Source of the DNA: an uncultured Methanosarcinales archaeon
Lineage (GTDB): Archaea; Nanobdellota; Nanobdellia; Woesearchaeales; JAGVZT01
Direction of reading: 5' to 3'
NCBI GenBank assembly: GCA_964354685.1
Contig: CAYHAM010000005.1
Span: 9,942-73,941 of the forward strand
DNA length: 64,000 bases
Shown: in pieces, positions 19,796 to 27,990 of the stretch
How positions within the stretch are numbered: position 1 is the first letter of the stretch
Layout: every line of letters starts with the position of its first letter
The notes under the pieces: generated by a model
Seen by the model: only the letters and a program-made list of their open reading frames with translations
Told to the model about the DNA's origin: nothing
The model's database searches: none
Position numbers and translations under genes: made by a program

Positions 19796-19895
19796 TCTCA
19801 GAGAGGATATAAGTGTTGGTTTATTTAAATATTTCTGAATTGTTTTAGGAGTTGTTTACTATTTTTGAGTAGAACAATAACATATATATACTAGT

Positions 19896-20909
19896 TTGAT
19901 AGAATATGGCATCATGGCTGTTGGTGTAGAGGCTGATTTTGAAAAAAAGGTGAAGGATTATAAAAGTTATATTCTCAAGATAGAGAAAGAGATATCAAAG
20001 GTTGTTATTGGCCAGCATGATGTTGTAAGGGGTTTTCTGAGGGCGATGATTTGTAATGGTCATGTGCTTGTTGAGGGTGTGCCTGGAATTGGGAAGACAT
20101 TGCTTGTTAACACACTGTCAACAATAACTGGGTGCAAGTTTTCAAGAATTCAGTTTACACCAGATTTGTTGCCATCTGACATTGTTGGTTTGACAAGCTA
20201 TCAAAGGGAGGAGGGTTTTTACACAATAAAAGGACCAATATTCTCAAACTTTGTGCTAGCAGACGAGATTAACAGAGCCCCTCCCAAGGTTCAGAGTGCG
20301 CTGCTTGAGGCAATGCAGGAGCGTCAGGCAACTATTGGTAAAGAAACTTTTGAGATAACTCCTCCTTTTTTTGTTCTTGCAACTCAAAACCCAATTGAGC
20401 ATGCTGGTACTTACCCATTGCCAGAGGCACAGATTGATAGGTTCTTGTTTAAGATGTTGATGGGCTATCCTACAATAGAGGAGGAACAGAATATACTAAC
20501 AACAAATATACAGATAAAGAAATTCAATGAGTATGATCTAAATAAGATAATATCTCCAGAAGAAATAATAAGGATGCAACGTGAGATGCAGAAGGTTTAT
20601 CTTGATCCTAAGCTTGAAAAGTATATTGTTGCCTTGGTTGATTGTACAAGGCATCCAGACAAGTACAAGTTAAAGTTGAGCAAATATATTGAATATGGTT
20701 CATCACCAAGGGCTTCTATTGGTTTGTACATTGGATCAAAGGCAGAGGCTTTGATGAATGCCAAGGCCTTTGTTACACCACAGGACATTAAGAAGATAGC
20801 AAAAGATGTGCTAAGGCATAGGATAATTCTCAACTATGAGGGGCAGGCTGAGGGCATTTCCGCTGATCAGATTATAGAAGAGATCCTTGCTAGGGTTCCG
20901 GTGCCGTAA
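19896..20909 (+). CDS. MoxR-family AAA+ ATPase
   Basis: Walker A GVPGIGKT, Walker B LADEINRA, MoxR-type length. Confidence 0.8.
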   Translation: MIEYGIMAVGVEADFEKKVKDYKSYILKIEKEISKVVIGQHDVVRGFLRAMICNGHVLVEGVPGIGKTLLVNTLSTITGCKFSRIQFTPDLLPSDIVGLTSYQREEGFYTIKGPIFSNFVLADEINRAPPKVQSALLEAMQERQATIGKETFEITPPFFVLATQNPIEHAGTYPLPEAQIDRFLFKMLMGYPTIEEEQNILTTNIQIKKFNEYDLNKIISPEEIIRMQREMQKVYLDPKLEKYIVALVDCTRHPDKYKLKLSKYIEYGSSPRASIGLYIGSKAEALMNAKAFVTPQDIKKIAKDVLRHRIILNYEGQAEGISADQIIEEILARVPVP

Positions 20910-21806
20910 ATGAGAGTTAAGGAGTTGAGGCTTAATCTGAAGCCTTTGATCAAGAAGTTAGAAATTGGGCTAAAGAGGGGCCAAAGTGAAGAAACATTGA
21001 CATCTAGTTTTAAGAGTGTTTTCAAGGGCCGAGGGCTTGAGTTCGAGGGTTTTAGGGTTTATACAGCTGATGATGATGCAAAGGAGATTGATTGGAAGGC
21101 TTCTTTGAGGGCACAAGAGCTTTTGATCAGGGTTCTAACAGAAGAGCGAAATATTCATGTTTTTTTTCTTCTAGATGTGAGTGATAGTATGATATTTTCA
21201 TCCACTGATAAGTTAAAGTGTGAGTATGCAGCTGAGTTTATAGCAACCCTTGCCTATGGTGTTATTGAGGCTGGTGATAGTGTTGGGCTCTGCATATTTA
21301 ATGATAAGGTTGTTCAGCTAATTCAAGGAAATATTGGGATGAATCAGTTTTACAAGGTTACAAAGAATCTGAGTGATCCTAAGCACTATGGAGGTGGCTT
21401 TGATTTGAATTTTATTTTGAAGTATGCCACTAGTTTTTTGAAGAGGAACACAGTGGTTTTCATTGTGTCTGATTTCATTGGATTGAAGCCTGGTTGGAAG
21501 CAGCACTTGGAGATAATGTCAAAGAAGTTTGAGTTGGTTGGGATTATGATTAGGGATCCTCGGGATAATAAGTTGCCAAAGGATGCTGGGCAGTTTGTGC
21601 TGGGTGATCCCTATTCAAACGCAGACATTCTTGTAGACGTGAAACTAATAAAGGATAAGTATGAGGAGTATGCAAACCAGCAGATTGCAGAGGTCAAGAA
21701 TGCTTTCCAGGACTTGGGTGCAGACTTTTTGTTGGTGAATACAGATGAGAGTTTTGTTTATCCAATTCTAGAGCTTTTTAATAGGAGGAAGCAGAGATGG
21801 AGATAA
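20910..21806 (+). CDS. DUF58-family protein (MoxR partner)
   Basis: Position immediately after MoxR. FKGRGLEFEGFRVY motif typical of DUF58. Confidence 0.6.
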   Translation: MRVKELRLNLKPLIKKLEIGLKRGQSEETLTSSFKSVFKGRGLEFEGFRVYTADDDAKEIDWKASLRAQELLIRVLTEERNIHVFFLLDVSDSMIFSSTDKLKCEYAAEFIATLAYGVIEAGDSVGLCIFNDKVVQLIQGNIGMNQFYKVTKNLSDPKHYGGGFDLNFILKYATSFLKRNTVVFIVSDFIGLKPGWKQHLEIMSKKFELVGIMIRDPRDNKLPKDAGQFVLGDPYSNADILVDVKLIKDKYEEYANQQIAEVKNAFQDLGADFLLVNTDESFVYPILELFNRRKQRWR

Positions 21807-22732
21807 CTTTTCTTAGGCCTTTGTATTTAACATTCTTGATTAGCGTACCTTTTTTTGTTGTGATGCACTTCTTGATATTGCAGCATGTGAAGAGGCGTGC
21901 ATTGAAGTTTGCCAACTTTGAGGTTATTGAGAGAGCAACTGGTGGACAAATATTGAATAAGAATGTTGTTATCTTGATCATTAGGTTGTGCGCTCTTGTT
22001 TTGTTCACTTTTTCAGCAGCTGGAACAATATTTTGGTATGAGGGGCAAACCACTAATTTTGATTATATTATAACACTTGATGCTTCGAGTAGTATGCTTG
22101 CAGACGATTTTAGTCCAAACCGTATTGAAGTAGCTAAGCAAGCTGCTATTGAATTTGTTGAGATGTTGCCTCTCCAAACCAATATTGGTATTGTTAGTTT
22201 TGCTGGAACAAGTTTTGTTGAGCAACCTCTTACTGATGATCATGGTCTTGTTAAGGACAAAATAAATGAGATTGGTGTGAAGCCTGTTGGAGGTACTGAT
22301 TTGGGAGAGGCTTTGGTAACTGCATCTAATATGCTGTTGTCAGAAGAGGATAAAGCGCGATCAATAATTCTTTTGACAGATGGACAGAGCAATGTTGGAA
22401 CAGATCCTATTTTTGGTGCAGAGTATGCGAATGAGAATCAGATAACTGTTTTTACAATAGGTATAGCGACCTTAGAAGGAGGAAAGTTTTCTAAGGTTGA
22501 GGCTATTTCAAGGCTTGATGAGGACACATTAAAACTGATTGCTCAGAACACTGGTGGAGTGTATTATAGGGCAGAGAACAGGGAAGAGCTGCAGCAGGCA
22601 TATGTGAATATTGCTGCCTCAACAAAGCAGAAGATTTCTGTTAATTTGCAATTGCCATTGTTGTTGATTGCTTTGTTCCTCTTGTTTGTTGAATGGGGTT
22701 TGATTAATACGAAGTATAGGACATTACCTTAG
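21797..22732 (+). CDS. von Willebrand factor A domain membrane protein (BatA-like)
   Basis: N-terminal TM helices. VWA MIDAS motif DASSSM and GGTDLGEAL. Confidence 0.7.
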   Translation: MEITFLRPLYLTFLISVPFFVVMHFLILQHVKRRALKFANFEVIERATGGQILNKNVVILIIRLCALVLFTFSAAGTIFWYEGQTTNFDYIITLDASSSMLADDFSPNRIEVAKQAAIEFVEMLPLQTNIGIVSFAGTSFVEQPLTDDHGLVKDKINEIGVKPVGGTDLGEALVTASNMLLSEEDKARSIILLTDGQSNVGTDPIFGAEYANENQITVFTIGIATLEGGKFSKVEAISRLDEDTLKLIAQNTGGVYYRAENREELQQAYVNIAASTKQKISVNLQLPLLLIALFLLFVEWGLINTKYRTLP

Positions 22733-22797
22733 ATTCGTAGATGACCAATACTTTTCTAAATAGAATTTTTAAATACACTTAAATATTAAAAATCATT

Positions 22798-22843
22798 TTA
22801 GCGAGTTGCCAGTGCTTAATCACAATAAAGGCAACTCGTGGTT
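22798..22843 (+). repeat. Hairpin element copy C (plus orientation)
   Basis: TTAGCGAGTTGCCAGTGCTTAATCACAATAAAGGCAACTCGTGG. Confidence 0.7.
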
Positions 22844-22880
22844 CGTCAGTTACAATCTTTTTCAGGAATAAATAAAAAGA

Positions 22881-22933
22881 ATCACCACGGGGTTGCATAT
22901 AACTTGGTTGTGAACAAGCAACCCCGCGAGTTA
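22881..22933 (-). repeat. Hairpin element copy C', inverted, with compensatory stem changes (CGGGGTTGC/GCAACCCCG)
   Basis: Reverse complement reads CTCGCGGGGTTGC-N21-GCAACCCCGTGGTGATT. Convergent with copy C. Confidence 0.65.
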
Positions 22934-22996
22934 TTTTAATAATAATAAAATTATAGAATATCATATCAAACACGAATTATTGTTTTAATAATAAAC

Positions 22997-24142
22997 TCAG
23001 CTATCTCTAAAGTAATTTATCTGATTAACAGCATATATGAACAATCCAGAGCTCCATGCAAAGGGGTGTTCTGATTTGTATCTGGATCTTTTAACTGGTT
23101 TTCCATTTTGTTCGTATATTTCGTAGACACCATTGTGTCTTACTATGAGTTCTGCAATTTGGTTTAGTAGTTCTATAGCTTGTTTTCTCATTCCAATTTT
23201 GTTTTTTGCAACTGCATCTAAGCATCCAAGCCATAACCAGCTTAGACCATTGTGATAGTCTCCTATCCCTCCTATGTAATTGATTAGGCTAATTTTGGTA
23301 AAGGGGTATTTAGGATAATTTGTTTTAGAGGGTATGTGTTGATTTATCCTAAATTCTTGAATAGCCTTTTGGATTTTTAATTGTTGATTTTTGTTTGCAA
23401 TATCAAATAGTATGGCTAAAATGTTTCCATCTGTTGAAAAATAATCATATCCTTTCTTGTCTATCCAGTCTATGTAATAGTCCTGTTTCCAGAACAAATC
23501 ATTTATTTTTTGTTTAACATCTCTATGTAAATCTAAATAATGTTTGGAATCCTCTTTTTTTCCAATGGTTTTACACATGTCTGAAAATTCTCTTAGTGCT
23601 TCACAATGTAAAATATTTGTGTAGAGTACTTTTCCACTTTTTTTGATTGAGTCTGTCCATGCTGCGTAATGCTCTTCTTCTATTAAAAGGTCGTTATCTG
23701 TATCACGGGTTAGGTTCCATTGCATAGCCTTTTTCAGATTTGGGAAATATTTTTTTAGGAATTCTTTGTCTTTGGTTGTTTTGAGGTAGTTGTAGAATAA
23801 GATTACAAACAAAGAGTTTTGGTCAGTTGAGGTGTGGAAGAATTTGTCTTCGGTATACCTTGCTCTCATCTTCTGCACAGGTCTTATTCCGAATAATTTT
23901 AAAGCAATAAAGTAGTCACCTATTCGAAGAGGTATTTGTCCTTGTTTGTTTTGGTATTTGATGAATAATTTTAGGTTTTTTTTAACTATGTCAAAGTCTT
24001 TTAGATAAAGGGCGCCAAGGCCTGCAAAAAAACCATCTCTGGCCCAGTAATCATCAAAGTGATGGGACCCAGCTAGGATACCATCTTTAGAATAGCAACT
24101 CCTAAGGTTGTTCTTGGCAATAGCATATGCTTTTTCTATCAT
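22997..24142 (-). CDS. Six-hairpin (alpha/alpha)6 glycoside hydrolase, GDE_C/GH63-like (putative amylo-1,6-glucosidase/glucoamylase-type)
   Basis: Motifs typical of GDE_C-like barrels: GSHHFDDYWARDG, HNGLSWLWL, AWTDS. Confidence 0.45.
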   Translation of the reverse strand: MIEKAYAIAKNNLRSCYSKDGILAGSHHFDDYWARDGFFAGLGALYLKDFDIVKKNLKLFIKYQNKQGQIPLRIGDYFIALKLFGIRPVQKMRARYTEDKFFHTSTDQNSLFVILFYNYLKTTKDKEFLKKYFPNLKKAMQWNLTRDTDNDLLIEEEHYAAWTDSIKKSGKVLYTNILHCEALREFSDMCKTIGKKEDSKHYLDLHRDVKQKINDLFWKQDYYIDWIDKKGYDYFSTDGNILAILFDIANKNQQLKIQKAIQEFRINQHIPSKTNYPKYPFTKISLINYIGGIGDYHNGLSWLWLGCLDAVAKNKIGMRKQAIELLNQIAELIVRHNGVYEIYEQNGKPVKRSRYKSEHPFAWSSGLFIYAVNQINYFRDS

Positions 24143-24316
24143 ACACAGTAAAGGAAACCTCTATCTTAAGGTTGAGGTATCCTTCCTCCTTTACTTTGTC
24201 AAGAACCAAAGGTTCTTGATCATGATCAGAATTTTCCTTATTTCCCTATACGAAGTGTAAGCCACCAGTCAGAGACTGAATGGAAAATTCTGACATTTCT
24301 GGGTTTCCTTTACTGG

Positions 24317-24363
24317 TCGACCTCCTCCCATGGAAACCCACAACTTCAGTTGTGGGAGGAGGT
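24317..24363 (-). terminator. Perfect 12-bp stem hairpin abutting the stop of the 24363..25373 gene
   Basis: GACCTCCTCCCA-N22-TGGGAGGAGGTC. Confidence 0.35.
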
Positions 24364-25373
24364 CATTTGGAGTTATTGACAAAGTCTCTCCTTATTGTTC
24401 TTATGTAGCTTGTTCCATGGTAGATGTAGAATATCACACCAGAGACTATCCACATAAAGTCACGAGTTCGTACTAGTAAAGATAATGCTACAGCAACTGC
24501 TGGTGGAATACCAACAAGGATAGCTATACCGATCTGGCTGAGTTCTAATACACCGATAGATGCTGGTATGGGAAACATCATTGCAAAGCCTGTCATTGTG
24601 ACAACAAGGTATATTTGAGCAAGGGAAGCGTTATAGCCTACTATCATTAAAGCTGTTTTGAATTCCAGAATCATTAAGAACCACAGCAAGCATGATATTA
24701 TCAATGCAACCAAGAATGCTTTTTTTCTGTGATTGAAAAATCTGATTAGGTTTGTTTCTGTTTCCATTATCTTCTTTTTAAATGGTTGTAATTTTTTTAT
24801 TCTGCCCAATTTCAATTTATCAAATAAAGGGGTGAAGAAATATTCTTTATGATACATTTTGTAATAAAATACTATTCCAATAAACACAAGGATTGCAATA
24901 ATAATCGCCAGAAATACTAGTAGTAGTTTTGGTAGATCAAGTGTGTGTACAACTAAGAAGAACATAACACAAGCAAGGAAGAAGTTCATTGGTAGCTCTA
25001 CTGCCCGGTCTATTATCACTGAGGATATTGCATCTGTTAGTGGAACTTTGTGTTTTTTTAGAAAAAATGCCCTAACGGTTTCTCCACCTATATAAAAAGA
25101 GGGTATTACATAACCCACTGCATATCCCATTTGCCTGTACATGAAGAGATTGTGGAAGGGGATTTTGAATCCAAGGGCGTTTAGGATTAGTTTCCATTTT
25201 ATTATGAGTACTGTTACAAGAGTTGCTGATATCATCAAATAGAATATTATATGAGTGGGTTGGATTGTTTTAAATTGATTGATAATTGCTTGGATACCAA
25301 TAAATTTGATAGTTATTACAAAAAGGACAATACCTACTAAAAGTGATCCTAAACCAAATATTATTTTCTTCAT
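24363..25373 (-). CDS. Polytopic membrane protein, UPF0104/flippase-like (LPG-synthase TM-region family)
   Basis: About 8 TM helices. Family assignment from length and profile is tentative. Confidence 0.35.
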   Translation of the reverse strand: MKKIIFGLGSLLVGIVLFVITIKFIGIQAIINQFKTIQPTHIIFYLMISATLVTVLIIKWKLILNALGFKIPFHNLFMYRQMGYAVGYVIPSFYIGGETVRAFFLKKHKVPLTDAISSVIIDRAVELPMNFFLACVMFFLVVHTLDLPKLLLVFLAIIIAILVFIGIVFYYKMYHKEYFFTPLFDKLKLGRIKKLQPFKKKIMETETNLIRFFNHRKKAFLVALIISCLLWFLMILEFKTALMIVGYNASLAQIYLVVTMTGFAMMFPIPASIGVLELSQIGIAILVGIPPAVAVALSLLVRTRDFMWIVSGVIFYIYHGTSYIRTIRRDFVNNSK

Positions 25374-25451
25374 TTATATCCTCAAATGCCAAAAATGCTT
25401 TGCATTTTTGAGCATGCCAAAAACGGCTTTGCCGTTTTTTAGCATAATAAA

Positions 25452-25641
25452 CGAGCCTGGGGGGACTCTCGTGCTAATTAGCATTTCGAACCCCCGACCT
25501 ACAGCTTACTATGCTTCAGCTAGTTCTCTTCATACTCATTAGAGTACTACTCCGAGACTCTTCATAAGCTTAGGAGGCTTACAAAAGGTAAAATTAAGTA
25601 TTTTAACCTTTGTTGCCCTATCCAGACTAGGCTACAGGCTC
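25452..25641 (-). tRNA. tRNA-like gene with large insertions (about 190 nt); anticodon undetermined
   Basis: Perfect acceptor pair GAGCCTG/CAGGCTC. D-arm GCCT-AGTCTGGATA-GGGC. T-stem GGGGG/CCCCC with TTCGAAA loop, but about 100 nt of extra sequence. Confidence 0.45.
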
Positions 25642-25696
25642 AAAGCTCAGAAATAAGATAAGGTTTTAATATCTTTTGGATTTTTGTATATAAATA

Positions 25697-26656
25697 ATGT
25701 ATAAGATAAAGCAGCTGCCAGAGGATTTTTTTGTTGAGGAGATTAATAGTGTTCAACATGTCGAGTCTGGTAGTTTTACTTATTTCTTATTAACTAAGAA
25801 GAATTACACAACAGAAGATGCTATTCAGAGATTAGCAAGATATTTTAATATTAAAAGAAGGTTTTTTGGGTATGCTGGTAATAAAGATAAGAAGGCTTTT
25901 ACCAAACAGCTTTGTTCTGTTAAAGGTAAAATAAGGAATATTAAGTTAAGGGGTTTGGAGGTTGAGATTGTTGGTAGGGGTAGTAAACCAATAAGCTTGG
26001 GTGATTTAGAAGGTAATAGGTTTGAGATTGTTGTTAGAAATATTGACAGGCCACCTAATAAGATTGAGAGGGTTGTAAACCTTTTTGATAAACAAAGGTT
26101 TGGTATTAAGAAAAATAATCATTTAATAGGCAAAATTATTTTAAGGAGGGATTTTAGGAGGGCGGTTGGGCTTATAATAGAGGGCGAGAAAAAGAGAGAG
26201 ATATTAGATCATTTAAGGGACCATCCTAATGATTATGTTGGTGCCTTGAGGCTTATACCAAAGAAAATTCTGACAATGTACATCAATGCTTATCAGAGCC
26301 ATGTTTGGAATGAATGTGTAAAGGAATGTATCCAAGTAAATAAAGAGCCGGATTATTCTGTAGAGTTGCCTATTGTTGGTTTTGGTACAGAATTAAAGGA
26401 AGATAATATTGGGAAAGTGATAAAAGGTATTTTGAAAAGGGATGGATTATCATTGAAAGACTTTGTAATAAGGGAAGTTCCAGAGCTGAGTAGTGAGGGT
26501 TCTTCAAGAAAGGTTTTTGTTGAGGTAAATGATTTAAGGGTTGGTGGATTAGAGGATGATGAATTAAACAAAGGTAAGAGAAAGGTGAAGGTTTGTTTTG
26601 GCTTGCAAAAAGGGAGTTATGCTACCATAGTAATAAGGGAAATGTTTACTTTTTAA
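25697..26656 (+). CDS. truD: tRNA pseudouridine synthase TruD (Pus7-like)
   Basis: PEDFFVEE and the GxKDK catalytic motif (FGYAGNKDKKAFT). Confidence 0.65.
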   Translation: MYKIKQLPEDFFVEEINSVQHVESGSFTYFLLTKKNYTTEDAIQRLARYFNIKRRFFGYAGNKDKKAFTKQLCSVKGKIRNIKLRGLEVEIVGRGSKPISLGDLEGNRFEIVVRNIDRPPNKIERVVNLFDKQRFGIKKNNHLIGKIILRRDFRRAVGLIIEGEKKREILDHLRDHPNDYVGALRLIPKKILTMYINAYQSHVWNECVKECIQVNKEPDYSVELPIVGFGTELKEDNIGKVIKGILKRDGLSLKDFVIREVPELSSEGSSRKVFVEVNDLRVGGLEDDELNKGKRKVKVCFGLQKGSYATIVIREMFTF

Positions 26657-26957
26657 TAATTCCTGTTTTGTTTTTGTATTTTTTTGTTTTTTCTATAAAG
26701 CAGAATTTTTCCATGAATGTGTGTTGGATTATGATTCCAATTCCCAGGCCAATGAAGAAGATTTGAAGTGGAATACTTATTTTAAAGATATAGAGTAGTA
26801 AAGCAATGAGAAAGCTGATGACACAATACATGCTGTGATGGAAGTGGTAGCCTTTAACAACAAACATCATGTTTTTGGTTTTGTGGGTGTAGATGATCAT
26901 AAGGATTAAGCCTATAATAATTGAAAGAGAAAAGATATATGGATTGATGGTTTGCAT
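26646..26957 (-). CDS. Small membrane protein (103 aa)
   Basis: Three hydrophobic helices. ORF only. Confidence 0.3.
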   Translation of the reverse strand: MQTINPYIFSLSIIIGLILMIIYTHKTKNMMFVVKGYHFHHSMYCVISFLIALLLYIFKISIPLQIFFIGLGIGIIIQHTFMEKFCFIEKTKKYKNKTGIIKK

Positions 26958-26963
26958 TTTTTT

Positions 26964-27076
26964 AAAATGAAAAAGCCTCCGGAGGGAGTTGAACCCTCGA
27001 CCTGCGGATCACTTGCATAAGGGCTACAAGTTTCGGCTTTAGAAATCCGCCGCAATAGCCACTATGCTACGGAGGC
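26964..27076 (-). tRNA. tRNA-Arg (anticodon TCT) with a canonical-position intron (~30 nt)
   Basis: Reverse complement has GCCTCCG/CGGAGGC acceptor, GCGGA-TTTCTA-(intron)-A-TCCGC, and T-arm GAGGG-TTCAACT-CCCTC. Confidence 0.7.
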
Positions 27077-27094
27077 TTAGGGTAATGGATTAAA

Positions 27095-27115
27095 GCCTTG
27101 TTTATATAATTTTCT
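27095..27115 (-). promoter_or_regulatory. TATA box for tRNA-Arg (TTTATATAA about 25-35 nt upstream on the minus strand), preceded by GGATTAAAG
   Basis: The same GGATTAAA-N-TTTTATATA arrangement precedes tRNA-Asn at 30432..30450. Confidence 0.45.
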
Positions 27116-27148
27116 ATATGGTTTTTTAATTTTATTATAATAATCTAC

Positions 27149-27195
27149 TTTAGCGATTTGCTAGTGTTTAACCACAATAAGGGCAAATCGTGGTG
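27149..27195 (+). repeat. Hairpin element copy D (stem variant GATTTGCT/GGCAAATC) plus conserved tail 27196..27230
   Basis: TTAGCGATTTGCTAGTGTTTAACCACAATAAGGGCAAATCGTGGTG, then TGTTTCTCTATACCCAAGGTAGAAAGAAAC. Confidence 0.7.
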
Positions 27196-27323
27196 CTACT
27201 GTTTCTCTATACCCAAGGTAGAAAGAAACGACTGATAATTACACGCTTGATACTAGCATGCGGTAAATCACTCGTGAATTTAATAAAAAATTAAAATGAA
27301 GTCAACAATGATATTAAATATCT

Positions 27324-27929
27324 CTAACCAAACTTACGGTGTGGTTCCCACAAGAGCTCGCTTTCAGGTATGAACTTCTTCCTTTCTAGGAAGTTTTTGA
27401 TAACGCCTTGAAGGCGGTAAGCATCCTGTAGTAATAGCTCTTCTCTTTTTAGCATGTCTTCTTTAAATATTCTCTTTTGAAAGAAGGTGTTGAAGTGTTT
27501 TAATATTGGGTGCTTTGCCCACCTATCTTTGTAGTCATATTCTATCCAGGGTTTTATTGATATTGTTATTTCTCCATGTTGTGCCTTGTATTTTTCTCCC
27601 TCATGCATGACCTCAACATCTCTTGAACCTAACATCATAAAGTTAACGTTCATAAAATAGCGATAGTAACTGTTGCCTGTTGGCTTTTGCAGCCTCCACC
27701 ACACCCACAGCTTTTTATTACCAGGTGCGTGGTTGTCATATAATAAGGTTTCCTCGTACTCATCAGTTGTTGTTTCTTCCCAAGGGCCATTGCAGGGAAT
27801 CCAGCCCTCCTCGCGCCACCACGAGTGCATTGCAATGTAAAGGCTCTTTAAGTGAAAGACCTCTTGGTAAATCAGAACAAGATAATTGTGGGATTCTGGT
27901 TGAACATATATTCGGTTGTGATGGCTCAT
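27324..27929 (-). CDS. Hypothetical Trp/His-rich protein (201 aa) with locally elevated GC
   Basis: ORF only. Composition differs from its neighbours. Confidence 0.35.
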   Translation of the reverse strand: MSHHNRIYVQPESHNYLVLIYQEVFHLKSLYIAMHSWWREEGWIPCNGPWEETTTDEYEETLLYDNHAPGNKKLWVWWRLQKPTGNSYYRYFMNVNFMMLGSRDVEVMHEGEKYKAQHGEITISIKPWIEYDYKDRWAKHPILKHFNTFFQKRIFKEDMLKREELLLQDAYRLQGVIKNFLERKKFIPESELLWEPHRKFG

Positions 27930-27990
27930 ATTAGTCTTTTTTTTTGATTACACATATATAAATTTTTCGTATATCAGTATATATATCCCA

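Noticed and set aside
24214-24225. Palindrome TGATCATGATCA as a restriction or operator site
   Set aside because: A single occurrence within the structured intergenic region. Better explained as part of that RNA or DNA structure.
27324-27929. Assigning the W/H-rich 201-aa ORF to a known fold (SRPBCC or oxygenase)
   Set aside because: No diagnostic motif could be read. Left as hypothetical.
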